32,000 nt of DNA, taken from Candidatus Methylomirabilis oxygeniifera. Lineage in GTDB: Bacteria > Methylomirabilota > Methylomirabilia > Methylomirabilales > Methylomirabilaceae. The position numbers were made by a program, and so were the translations under genes. A model generated the notes under the pieces. It saw only the letters and a list, made by a program, of their open reading frames with translations. It made no database searches and was not told where the DNA came from. Every line of letters begins with the position of its first letter. The first letter of the stretch is position 1. The DNA lies in assembly GCA_000091165.1 (NCBI GenBank), contig FP565575.1, positions 1,530,001 through 1,562,000 of the forward strand, given 5' to 3'. Below are positions 16,447 to 24,503 of this stretch, one piece after another.

Positions 16447-17166
16447 TCACGGTACCCCCGTTCGCCGCAGCTCGAGATTGAAGGTGTCTCGCACATGGGC
16501 CTCGGTGAAATCGGCCTCGTCGAGATGGGCCTCGCGGAAATCGGCATCGTGAGAAGAGGCCTTCTGAAGCTTCGCGCCGCGTAGATCGCTCAGGCTAAGA
16601 TTGGCCCCTCGTAGGGTCGCCCTGCTGAGATCTGTGCCCCTCAGGGAAGCTCCGTAGAGCCGAGCATCACTGAGATCGGCTAGCTGAAGGATGGCTTCGT
16701 CCAGATCGGCCTTCAATAGATCAGCATTTCGAAGATTCGCGGATCTGATCATCGCTCGCTGCATCTTTGCTTCACGAAGATCGGCTTTTTCAAGATTCGC
16801 CTTACTCAGATTTGCTGCGTTGAGATCGGCTCGAACTAGAGAGGCCTCATTGAGATCGGCGGAACGAAGGTCGGTTTCGCGAAGATTAGTCTCCTGTAAC
16901 GATGCATGCCGCAGGCTAACACCTCGAAGATCAGCGCCGTATAGATTGGCCTTGTCAAGAACAGCTTCGCTGAAATTGAGCGAGGTAAGCTTCAGAAATC
17001 TCAGATTCATTCCCGTAAAATTTCTTGTCGTGGCCAGAATGACCTTGACTTGCTCCAGGGTCAATGGCTGATCGCGCTGATGCTCAGAATAGTTAACGGG
17101 TGCGCCCACACATGCCGAAAGGCTCAACAGCACTGCGACAAGCGCTAGAACTGTCCAGAGTTTCAT
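16447..17166 (-). CDS. Pentapeptide-repeat lipoprotein
   Basis: Signal peptide with lipobox MKLWTVLALVAVLLSLSAC. About 30 consecutive A(D/N)LXX pentapeptides follow (ANLYGADLRGVSLRHASLQETNLRETDLRSADLNEASL...). AGGAGGAG lies 10 nt upstream of the ATG. Confidence 0.9.
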   Translation of the reverse strand: MKLWTVLALVAVLLSLSACVGAPVNYSEHQRDQPLTLEQVKVILATTRNFTGMNLRFLKLTSLNFSEAVLDKANLYGADLRGVSLRHASLQETNLRETDLRSADLNEASLVRADLNAANLSKANLEKADLREAKMQRAMIRSANLRNADLLKADLDEAILQLADLSDARLYGASLRGTDLSRATLRGANLSLSDLRGAKLQKASSHDADFREAHLDEADFTEAHVRDTFNLELRRTGVP

Positions 17167-17411
17167 TGCGATCGTCTCCTCCTGGATTTTTTATTGGTTT
17201 CGCCTTACCCGATGGGACGCTCATTAATCATGTGCGAGACGACGAAGTGGTTGAGTTGCCCTATCTCGACACATATCCCAGAATTACCCCGTCTTGATTA
17301 ACTATCGACTGATCGAGAAGCTCGCTTGAGCAAAAAATCCCGACCGGTTTTCGACAGCGATTCTTTAGCAGATGCTTCCCCATTGCCTTGGGGCCCCGTC
17401 CCGTCACTCCA

Positions 17412-17440
17412 TTGACCTGCTGGCTCGTCCCTGATACACT
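17412..17440 (+). promoter_or_regulatory. Sigma70-like promoter of Uma2 paralog 1 (TTGACC-17 nt-TACACT)
   Basis: Read directly. The promoter is duplicated together with the gene at 19106..19134. GGAAGGAG RBS at 17453-60. Confidence 0.6.
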
Positions 17441-17463
17441 ACCTTCAATCGCGGAAGGAGTTC

Positions 17464-18039
17464 ATGATGGGCACGCAGACCGTTCAGACGCGCCGTTTCA
17501 GCCGCCAGGACTACGAGCGTCTTGTGGCCGAGGGGTTTTTTCATCCGGAGGAACGACTGGAACTGGTGGACGGAGAGCTTATGATGATGACGCCACAAGG
17601 AAGCCGCCACGCGACGGCCGTCTGTTTGGCAGAAAGCGCACTCCGCTCCCTTTTCGGTGCGGGCTCCAGTGTTCGCGTGCAGTTGCCGCTTGCGTTGGAT
17701 CCGGATTCGGAACCGGAGCCGGATCTGGCTGTCGTTGTCGGTTCCCCGCGCGACTATCGGGATGCCCATCCACAGACGGCTGTCCTCATCGTTGAGGTGA
17801 CGGATACTACGCCGTCGTATGATCGGGAACGCAAGGCTCGCCTCTATGCCAAGGCCGGCATTCCGGAGTATTGGATCGTCAATCTCCTGGAGGGGTACGT
17901 AGAAATCTATCGTCATCCTGCCATCGTCAGCTCTTCAGGCGCAGCGTATCAAAGCCGTTCGGTCGCCTCTTCCTCCGATACCATCTCGCCGTTGGCGGCT
18001 CCGGAGAGATCCCTTATGGTCGCCGATCTGCTCCCGTAA
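17464..18039 (+). CDS. Uma2-family (DUF820) PD-(D/E)xK-type endonuclease, paralog 1
   Basis: ELVDGELMMMTPQGSRH..PDLAVV..AVLIVEVTDTT..DRERKARLYAKAGIPEYWIV is the typical Uma2 motif order. Confidence 0.85.
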   Translation: MMGTQTVQTRRFSRQDYERLVAEGFFHPEERLELVDGELMMMTPQGSRHATAVCLAESALRSLFGAGSSVRVQLPLALDPDSEPEPDLAVVVGSPRDYRDAHPQTAVLIVEVTDTTPSYDRERKARLYAKAGIPEYWIVNLLEGYVEIYRHPAIVSSSGAAYQSRSVASSSDTISPLAAPERSLMVADLLP

Positions 18040-18232
18040 CGCAATCCTGGCTTAGCTGGTGATGCAGATTATCTCTCGGCCACCCGTTTGAGTGCCTCCG
18101 CGACGCTCACTACCCACGTGCCATCCGGCAGCGTGTACGCGACGCTGGTACGGCACACGATCATTTTCTGGCCGACTCATCCCTTTTCGACGGTCACCCA
18201 ACTGGCTTGCTCTGTCTCGTCTTGCATGGCAA

Positions 18233-18261
18233 TTGCAACGGAAATGGTTCGCTGTTATACT
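18233..18261 (+). promoter_or_regulatory. Sigma70-like promoter (TTGCAA-17 nt-TATACT) upstream of the small two-gene cassette
   Basis: Read directly; ~75 nt upstream of ATG 18337. Confidence 0.55.
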
Positions 18262-18336
18262 AAGTGACAAGAGGAAGATGCGCATCGCGCGCTTCCAAGA
18301 GATTGTCCTACGACCTTGCCAATCGAGGAGGCGGGT

Positions 18337-18567
18337 ATGACCTTAGAAACAACGACTTACGACTCGCCAATTGATGCCCTAGTGGCCTTGGTTCAGGTCC
18401 TCGCCAGCTACGAGCAGCGTTATCGGATGACCTCCGCACAATTCTTTGCCACGTACAAAGAGGGGAAGCTAGAGGATTCGGCGGACTTTGTCGAGTGGAC
18501 CGGAGATTACCAGCATTATCTTGGTCTCTTTCAGGAACTCAAGGATCGATTGAAAACTGCCGCATGA
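18337..18567 (+). CDS. Small hypothetical protein (76 aa), antitoxin-like partner of the downstream ORF
   Basis: ATG 18337 lies 5 nt after GAGGAGG. Sequence: MTLETTTYDSPIDALVALVQVLASYEQRYRMTSAQFFATYKEGKLEDSADFVEWTGDYQHY. The stop overlaps the next ATG (ATGA). The family assignment is from memory only. Confidence 0.45.
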   Translation: MTLETTTYDSPIDALVALVQVLASYEQRYRMTSAQFFATYKEGKLEDSADFVEWTGDYQHYLGLFQELKDRLKTAA

Positions 18568-18740
18568 GTCCCCTCCATGACTACCTTGCGCAGGTCCAGC
18601 AAGCCATCAGCGCCCTCCCCTGGATCCAGATTGAGGAGTATTGGGCACAACTTCTTACGGCTACCCGAGCAAACCTCCGCATCAGGCTCCAGTTAGCAGA
18701 CAACTCCCTCCTGGTCCACGGTAAACAGAGGCCCGTATAG
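18564..18740 (+). pseudogene. Truncated toxin-like ORF (58 codons); resembles only the N-terminal half of DUF6516/TumE-like proteins
   Basis: MSPLHDYLAQVQQAISALPWIQIEEYWAQLLTATRANLRIRLQLADNSLLVHGKQRPV* stops 45 nt before MITE-like copy 2. The full-length family, as I recall it, is ~110-130 aa. Confidence 0.3.
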
Positions 18741-18785
18741 TCAGCTTCCGTGAATGAGAACAGGGGATCGAAGCAGATGTGGGCG

Positions 18786-18915
18786 GAGCCTGTCTTACAA
18801 ACCCTCATGTACCCTTCGACAGGCTCAGGGTGAAGGGAATATGTATCGAACACATTGACCGTTTCCGTTCGTACCGAGCATGTCGAAGCATGAACGGGGG
18901 TTTGTCGGACAGGCC
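18786..18915. repeat. MITE-like palindromic element, copy 2 (inverted relative to copy 1)
   Basis: Its reverse complement aligns with 16242..16372 along the full length at roughly 75-80% identity by eye. The conserved core is acgaacggaaaNggtcaatgtNttc and the termini are conserved. Confidence 0.7.
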
Positions 18916-19105
18916 GATAATGTAATTCCTTAAGGTCGCAGAGCCGTCCGGCTGGACCCCGACATCATTTCTCGCCAGATACTTCCACATTGCCTACTCA
19001 GAAACTGGCTAAGTTTCTGCCACCTACGGGTCAGCGAACGCTGGATGGGATACTCGCAATGACCACACGGCGGCCGGCAAACGAAATTAGGACAGCACCG
19101 GGTCA

Positions 19106-19134
19106 TTGACCTGCTCGATCGGCCCTGATACACT
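19106..19134 (+). promoter_or_regulatory. Sigma70-like promoter of Uma2 paralog 2 (TTGACC-17 nt-TACACT)
   Basis: The hexamers and spacing are the same as at 17412..17440. AGGAGGAG RBS at 19147-54. Confidence 0.6.
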
Positions 19135-19160
19135 ACCTTCAGTCGCAGGAGGAGTCCACG

Positions 19161-19733
19161 ATGGGCACACAGACTGTTCAGACACGTCGTTTCAGCCGCC
19201 AGGACTATGAGCGGCTTGTGGCGGAAGGGTTTTTTCATCCGGAAGAACGACTGGAGCTGGTGGACGGAGAGCTCGTTATGATGACGCCGCAAGGAAGCCG
19301 GCACGCAACAGCCGTTCGCCTGACGGAAGATGCGCTGCGCGCTGTCTTCGGTATCGGCTTCGATGTCCGCGTGCAGTTGCCGCTGGCGTTGGATCCGGAC
19401 TCAGAACCGGAGCCGGATCTGGCCGTTGTTGTCGGTTCCCCGCGCGACTATCGGGATGCCCATCCCCAGACAGCGGTCCTCATCGTTGAGGTGACGGATA
19501 CCACGCGGTCGTACGATCGGGAGCGCAAGGCCCGCCTCTATGCCAGGGCCGGCATTCCGGAGTATTGGATCGTCAATCTCCTGGAGGGGTACGTAGAAAT
19601 CTATCGTCATCCTGCCATTGTCAGCTCTTCAGACGCAGCGTATCAAAGCCGTTCTATCGCCTCTTCCTCCGACACCATCTCGCCGGTGGCGGCTCCAGAG
19701 AGGTCCCTCGCGGTCGCTGATCTGCTCCCGTGA
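19161..19733 (+). CDS. Uma2-family endonuclease, paralog 2 (~92% aa identity to paralog 1)
   Basis: There are 15 aa differences out of 190 when the track peptides are compared. Nine of them fall in one 16-aa patch. Confidence 0.85.
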   Translation: MGTQTVQTRRFSRQDYERLVAEGFFHPEERLELVDGELVMMTPQGSRHATAVRLTEDALRAVFGIGFDVRVQLPLALDPDSEPEPDLAVVVGSPRDYRDAHPQTAVLIVEVTDTTRSYDRERKARLYARAGIPEYWIVNLLEGYVEIYRHPAIVSSSDAAYQSRSIASSSDTISPVAAPERSLAVADLLP

Positions 19734-19762
19734 CACCATCCAATCAGATAGTTGCGCGTTAC

Positions 19763-19791
19763 TTGATTCCACTCCATGCCCATGCTAGACT
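19763..19791 (+). promoter_or_regulatory. Sigma70-like promoter of Uma2 paralog 3 (TTGATT-17 nt-TAGACT)
   Basis: Read directly. GGAGGGAG RBS at 19801-08, ATG at 19813. Confidence 0.45.
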
Positions 19792-19812
19792 TTCGCCTGT
19801 AGGAGGGAGACC

Positions 19813-20376
19813 ATGACCGTTCAACTCTGCAGACGACTGTTCACTGTCGATGAGTACGAACGAATGGCTGCGACCGGCATTTTCGGTGAAGACGATCGCA
19901 TCGAGCTGATTGATGGAGAGATCGTGACCATGACGCCCATCGGAAGCCGACACGCCGGGACCGTGAATCGTCTGCTGAATCTTTTTATGCCCTTGCAAGC
20001 TGAGCGAACAGCACAACTGAGCATTCAGAATCCGATCCGTCTCAGCGAGCATTCAGAACCTCAACCTGACCTGGCTCTCCTCAGACCGCGGTCTGACTTC
20101 TATGCGTCGTCGCACCCCGGACCCCGGGATGTGTTCCTGCTTGTAGAAGTCGCTGAAACCTCGACAGATTTCGATCGGCAAATTACGTTGCCCTTGTATG
20201 CGAAGGCCGGGATCCCTGAGGTCTGGTTGGTCGATCTGGCAACGGAACAGATCATGGCCTTCAGCGATCCTATGCCTACCGGATATCGGCGATCTGCGAC
20301 TTACCCAAGGGATGCTGCATTGGCCCCTCTCGCGTTTCCTTCCACCCTGCTCCCAGCCGACGCGATCCTGGCTTAG
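19813..20376 (+). CDS. Uma2-family endonuclease, paralog 3 (diverged)
   Basis: ELIDGEIVTMTPIGSRH..PDLALL..VFLLVEVAETS..DRQITLPLYAKAGIPEVWLVD. Confidence 0.85.
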   Translation: MTVQLCRRLFTVDEYERMAATGIFGEDDRIELIDGEIVTMTPIGSRHAGTVNRLLNLFMPLQAERTAQLSIQNPIRLSEHSEPQPDLALLRPRSDFYASSHPGPRDVFLLVEVAETSTDFDRQITLPLYAKAGIPEVWLVDLATEQIMAFSDPMPTGYRRSATYPRDAALAPLAFPSTLLPADAILA

Positions 20377-20395
20377 GGCAGATTCCCTAGAGCGG

Positions 20396-20647
20396 TTACG
20401 GGATGTTCTGTTTCGGAAAGAGGGCGCGGAGCTTTTCGCTCAGCGCCCCTGTATGCGAGAGACCGAGTGTGCTGGCCTGAAGGTTCTGCTCTCGAATCCG
20501 TTCATAGATCTCGCCTCGATGGATTGTCACCTCCTGGGGCGCCGAGATACCGAGGCGGACCTGCGAACCGCGGACCTCTATGACGTTAATGACGATCGAT
20601 TCTCCGATCGTAATCTTCTCGCCGAGCTTCCTCGTCAGGATCAACAT
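20396..20647 (-). CDS. csrA: Carbon storage regulator CsrA (flagellar, FliW-partnered type by context)
   Basis: [51 protein letters not shown] is a canonical CsrA sequence. Confidence 0.95.
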   Translation of the reverse strand: MLILTRKLGEKITIGESIVINVIEVRGSQVRLGISAPQEVTIHRGEIYERIREQNLQASTLGLSHTGALSEKLRALFPKQNIP

Positions 20648-20653
20648 CGCGGC

Positions 20654-21106
20654 TCATTCGTGTTCCGGAAGCAGCAAATATTGTAAGGGGTAGGTCCCGT
20701 CTGAAAGCACCACCTGTCGGCCGAGCCGATGAGTACGGTTCACGCAGATCGGCGCCATGAGGTTGGCTGCCACGCCGCCGTTTCCCTCAAACGTCACGAC
20801 CACGAACAGCTCCAGTTCCTCCATATTCCTCGCTTCAAGGGCCTCCAGGTCCGTCGCCGGAATGGGTGGCGAATAGTCGGTCAGGAAATCGGCACACCTG
20901 AGCAATGGGATGGCGACATCCGAAGTGTCCAGTGCGATCAGGAGCGTCAGCGGCTGGAGCCCTTCTCTGTCACACAAAAAGAACCGGGCCAGCTCTTCGA
21001 ATCCCGGCAGTCCTTGGGGGAAGTAGAACACAGTCTGTTCGGCTAACGCGCCGTCCATAGTCATAGTCCTCTGATCACCAACTGGCTCGTGCGTCATCAT
21101 CGTCAT
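20654..21106 (-). CDS. fliW: Flagellar assembly factor FliW
   Basis: The motif FYFPQGLPGFEEL and the position directly upstream of csrA support the call. The start is uncertain: in-frame ATGs at 21064 and 21058 are alternatives, and AGAGGA lies 8 nt before 21058. Confidence 0.85.
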   Translation of the reverse strand: MTMMTHEPVGDQRTMTMDGALAEQTVFYFPQGLPGFEELARFFLCDREGLQPLTLLIALDTSDVAIPLLRCADFLTDYSPPIPATDLEALEARNMEELELFVVVTFEGNGGVAANLMAPICVNRTHRLGRQVVLSDGTYPLQYLLLPEHE

Positions 21107-21109
21107 ACG

Positions 21110-22033
21110 CTAACGTAAGAAATCGAGCAGGTTGATCTGGCCGACCCTGGAGGCCGCAGCGAGGGCCGCCTGGTAGACATTCTGCGCTTGCTGGAATTCA
21201 ATAGAGGCCTCAGCCACATCGGTATCCTCGATTTTCGACAGCCGACCCCGCAACGCGAGCAGGTCGTTCTGCGACCGCGCCTGGATATCGCGGATACGGC
21301 CGATCCTGGAGCCGACATCGGCGCTGACCACGCGCACCTGATCGATAGCAGCCTCAAGATCCGTCAGGCTCGCCTCCACCCCCGCGACATTCCCTGCCCT
21401 CAACTGGTCCCTGACCGTGATCAACAGCGGGAACATGTCCGGCCGAGGCAGAGTCGAGGTAAAAACTGTCGAGCCGGGAACATTGACTACGACCTGCAGT
21501 CCGCCCGGAAGGCCCGCACGTACTTCGCCATCGATTCCAGAAGCGAGTGTCACGCCGGTCATTTCGCCAGTTAGCGGGACACGGGCGAAAGGAAGCACAC
21601 CAGTCGTACTAGTCGTATACGTACCGCCGAAGAGAAAGCCATCTATCGAACGCGCATTGGCGTCGGACCATAGCCGCTCGAGCTTTTGGTTCACCTGCGT
21701 CGCCAGATTCTGCCGATCGGACAAAGTCAAGGCCCCATCTATGCCTCGAATGGCTAGGTCCTTCACATCATTCAGATCCGATAGAATACCCGCCAGGACG
21801 TCCGCCGACGCCTGCAATCTAGCCTCAGCCTGGTCACCGTTTCGCTGGGCCTGCAACAGTTTGCTTACCGACTCTCGAAGCCAGACGGCCAGACCGGCGC
21901 CAACGGGATCATCCGAGGCGGTCGCCATCCGCCGTGAGCTGGCGACCTGGCGCTGACGCTCAAAGAGGCGAATGGCGGCCCTGTTGATATCGGCCGTCAA
22001 TTGGTGGAAGATTGCATTGCTCGTAATGCGCAT
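21110..22033 (-). CDS. flgL: Flagellar hook-associated protein 3 (hook-filament junction)
   Basis: Flagellin-type N-terminus (MRITSNAIFHQL..) and C-terminus (AQNVYQAALAAASRVGQINLLDFLR). It is 307 aa and lies downstream of flgK. Confidence 0.85.
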   Translation of the reverse strand: MRITSNAIFHQLTADINRAAIRLFERQRQVASSRRMATASDDPVGAGLAVWLRESVSKLLQAQRNGDQAEARLQASADVLAGILSDLNDVKDLAIRGIDGALTLSDRQNLATQVNQKLERLWSDANARSIDGFLFGGTYTTSTTGVLPFARVPLTGEMTGVTLASGIDGEVRAGLPGGLQVVVNVPGSTVFTSTLPRPDMFPLLITVRDQLRAGNVAGVEASLTDLEAAIDQVRVVSADVGSRIGRIRDIQARSQNDLLALRGRLSKIEDTDVAEASIEFQQAQNVYQAALAAASRVGQINLLDFLR

Positions 22034-22070
22034 CGGCGTCCCTCCGTCCGACGTGTTGGGCTGTGCGTCA

Positions 22071-22472
22071 TCATCGACTCAGCTTATCGTACTCCGGGTA
22101 CAGGCTCTTTTCTTCCTTGGTTATTCTCTGGCTGAGAACCGTATACAGCCGGCCGAAGTCTTTGGCAAATTCCAACCCGGAACCTCCATGCGCATATTTT
22201 TCAAAAAAGTTTAAGGCATCTTTAGATACCATCTCCATGTCGCGGGCAAAGAGATCCAGTGTCCGTTTCAACGAATCGTTATTTTTCGCTTCTTGATTTA
22301 AGGCCGGATACAATTGCCCATCTTCGGCCTTGAGATGCGCAAGCAAGCCGATTTTCGCAGAGAGCAATTTATGCTGCCCTTCCTTTGAGCCAACACCAAG
22401 CTCCTTGACTTTGTTAAGAGCGTCAACCAGCGACACATGCTCTCTTTTCAATCTCTCGACCAACATGGACAT
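22071..22472 (-). CDS. Hemerythrin-like (HHE cation-binding) domain protein inserted between flgK and flgL
   Basis: Motifs LKREHVSL, LLAHLKAEDGQLYPAL and ITKEEKSLYPEY follow the H-x3-E / EE-x2-L(Y/F)P pattern. ATG 22472 follows AAGGAGAG. The track's start at 22523 is less likely. Confidence 0.55.
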   Translation of the reverse strand: MSMLVERLKREHVSLVDALNKVKELGVGSKEGQHKLLSAKIGLLAHLKAEDGQLYPALNQEAKNNDSLKRTLDLFARDMEMVSKDALNFFEKYAHGGSGLEFAKDFGRLYTVLSQRITKEEKSLYPEYDKLSR

Positions 22473-22553
22473 GGCATCTCTCCTTTGTGCGTCATAATGC
22501 CTATCACCGGCGTAACCGTCCACACGTCTGACGTGAGATCACGCAACTTCGAT

Positions 22554-23954
22554 CTAGCGGCCAAGTTGGCTCATCAACGTTCCCAGAAGGTCGTTCACCA
22601 CGTTTGCAAAGTGGGCGGCCGCCTCGTACGCTTTCTGGAAACGGATCAGGTCGGTCATCTCCTCGTCCAGCGAGACGCCGGAAGCCTGATCTCGTCGGCT
22701 GGTTAAAAAGTCCGCCATTGTCGTGTGCAGGTTGACCGACCGCTTCGCGCCCGCCTCCTGCTCGGCAAGATCGCTCACAAGACCGCTCAGGTAACTCCCG
22801 AATGTGACGCTCCCTAGTGCCACAATGGAATTATCCTGAAGATCCGCCAGAGCCAGCGCTTGACTGTTATCGCCAGGAACCCCTACCGCTGTACTTGCTG
22901 CCGCAATTTTGGCGACATCCGCGTCTATGACCGGGTCAACGACGATCAATCGGGCTGCATTGACTGTCGCCACAAGAGGCGTAAACAGGTTGTTGCCGGT
23001 CGACCCATCCAAACCAAACCCAGCCATATGAACGACATTGACCTTATCGACAATCGCCTTCGCCAGCGCATCCAATTGCGACTGGAACCCTTTGACGAAG
23101 CCGTCGGAGGCGTTTCTGGAGTTGAGCAACCCGGCCAGCCTTCCGCCGCCAGGGGTGAGCAGATTGCCGCCGAGGGACAGACGGACGTAAGCCGGATCGG
23201 TGGTATCGACCGTAATCGGGACACTGGTAAGCCCATCGACGAGCGTCAGCCCTCCCCCTACCGTCACCCGGACCTGGCCACCTATGTCTTCGACTAAGGA
23301 TCCGCCCACGAGCTTTGAGAGCTCGTCAAGCGCCTGGTCGCGTTGGTCTCGCAGATCATTAGCCGACCCGGCTCCACCTTCAGACATCGCAATCTGTCGG
23401 TTCAGATCGGCGATCTGCTGAGCCAGCCCGTTGACCTGCTTCACAACTACCTGGATCTCGTTATGCAGATCGATCTTCAACCGCTCAAACCCATCGTCCA
23501 GGCGATGAAACTGGTCCGCCAGCGCCATGGCCTTGTCGCGGACTACGGACCTGACCGCGAGATCGGTCGGATAGTTGGCCAAATCCTGAAACGATGCGAA
23601 AAGCGCGGACATGCTATTGGACAAGCCGTTTTCGGTCGGCTCGCCAACGATCAACTCAATCTGTGAGAGGGTCGCCTCCTCTGCCTCCTGCCGGCTCAGG
23701 GCCTGATGCGCGTCTCTGAACTGGCTGTCCAGCAGCAGATCCCGGATTCTGGTAATATCTTTGATATCAACGCCGGTTCCCAGCGAACCGACCGAACCTA
23801 ACGAAAACGGTACAGCGGGGGTCAGATCGACACGCTGCCTCGTAAAACCCGGGGTATTGGCGTTCGCAATGTTGTGGCCGGTGGTTTGGATCGCTACCTG
23901 CTGCGCTTGAAGCGCCTTTCTGGCCATGGTAAGAGATGCCTGGAGACTGATCAT
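22554..23954 (-). CDS. flgK: Flagellar hook-associated protein 1
   Basis: N-terminus LQAQQVAIQTTGHNIANANTPGFTRQR and C-terminus VSLDEEMTDLIRFQKAYEAAA. Confidence 0.92.
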   Translation of the reverse strand: MISLQASLTMARKALQAQQVAIQTTGHNIANANTPGFTRQRVDLTPAVPFSLGSVGSLGTGVDIKDITRIRDLLLDSQFRDAHQALSRQEAEEATLSQIELIVGEPTENGLSNSMSALFASFQDLANYPTDLAVRSVVRDKAMALADQFHRLDDGFERLKIDLHNEIQVVVKQVNGLAQQIADLNRQIAMSEGGAGSANDLRDQRDQALDELSKLVGGSLVEDIGGQVRVTVGGGLTLVDGLTSVPITVDTTDPAYVRLSLGGNLLTPGGGRLAGLLNSRNASDGFVKGFQSQLDALAKAIVDKVNVVHMAGFGLDGSTGNNLFTPLVATVNAARLIVVDPVIDADVAKIAAASTAVGVPGDNSQALALADLQDNSIVALGSVTFGSYLSGLVSDLAEQEAGAKRSVNLHTTMADFLTSRRDQASGVSLDEEMTDLIRFQKAYEAAAHFANVVNDLLGTLMSQLGR

Positions 23955-23966
23955 GCGTCGCTCACC

Positions 23967-24482
23967 TTATGCTTGGCTGTTCAGTATCGAAAGGGACGGC
24001 GACTGGGTCACAATACTCCCATCCCCCTGGTAGAGGGGAACCTGGGTCACCGCAGACGTAAGGAGCGACAGTGAGCCCTTCATGTACATGATCGATCGAT
24101 CCAGCAACGCCCCGTTCCAGCCGTTCTCTTCCACCAGCGTAGTCGCCAGTAAGGTCAGTCGATCCATGAGGCTCCGGTACGATGTCGCATGCGAGGCCGG
24201 TACGAGGTTAACGAGGCGAAATAGCGTGAAATCTACCAACGGGATGCCGTACATGGCGCTTGCCCTGTTCATCAGTGCGCCTCGGGCCTCCTGAATGATC
24301 TTCAGTTCGAGCGCCAGTGTCTCTTTTCGCTTCATCAGCTCGGCCAGGGCGCCAAGGTCGCCCTTGACGATCAGACCTCTCTCCTGACGGAGGAGCCGGA
24401 GCAGTGCCTCATACTTCTCGGCCTCTTGTTCGAGTACTTGAGCCAAATCTTCCAGTAGCATCATCATTGTCTGAGACACCAT
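23967..24482 (-). CDS. flgN: FlgN-family flagellar export chaperone
   Basis: Helical 171-aa protein. The sequence LLEDLAQVLEQEAEKYEALLRLLRQERGLIVKGDL is typical of FlgN. It lies between flgM and flgK. Confidence 0.65.
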   Translation of the reverse strand: MVSQTMMMLLEDLAQVLEQEAEKYEALLRLLRQERGLIVKGDLGALAELMKRKETLALELKIIQEARGALMNRASAMYGIPLVDFTLFRLVNLVPASHATSYRSLMDRLTLLATTLVEENGWNGALLDRSIMYMKGSLSLLTSAVTQVPLYQGDGSIVTQSPSLSILNSQA

Positions 24483-24503
24483 TTATAAGGCTGGAGGTAG
24501 ATA

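Noticed and set aside
18069-18164. 31-aa minus-strand ORF MIVCRTSVAYTLPDGTWVVSVAEALKRVAER between Uma2-1 and the small cassette, considered as an antitoxin fragment
   Set aside because: It is too short, has no RBS at suitable spacing and has an in-frame stop just upstream. At best it is a gene remnant, and I cannot support it without a database search.
17404-19304. Minus-strand ORFs 17404..17916 and 18930..19304 (which resemble each other) and 18581..18990
   Set aside because: The first two are the antisense shadows of the duplicated Uma2 genes, which explains their similarity. The last ones run through the MITE-like palindrome and have no start signals.
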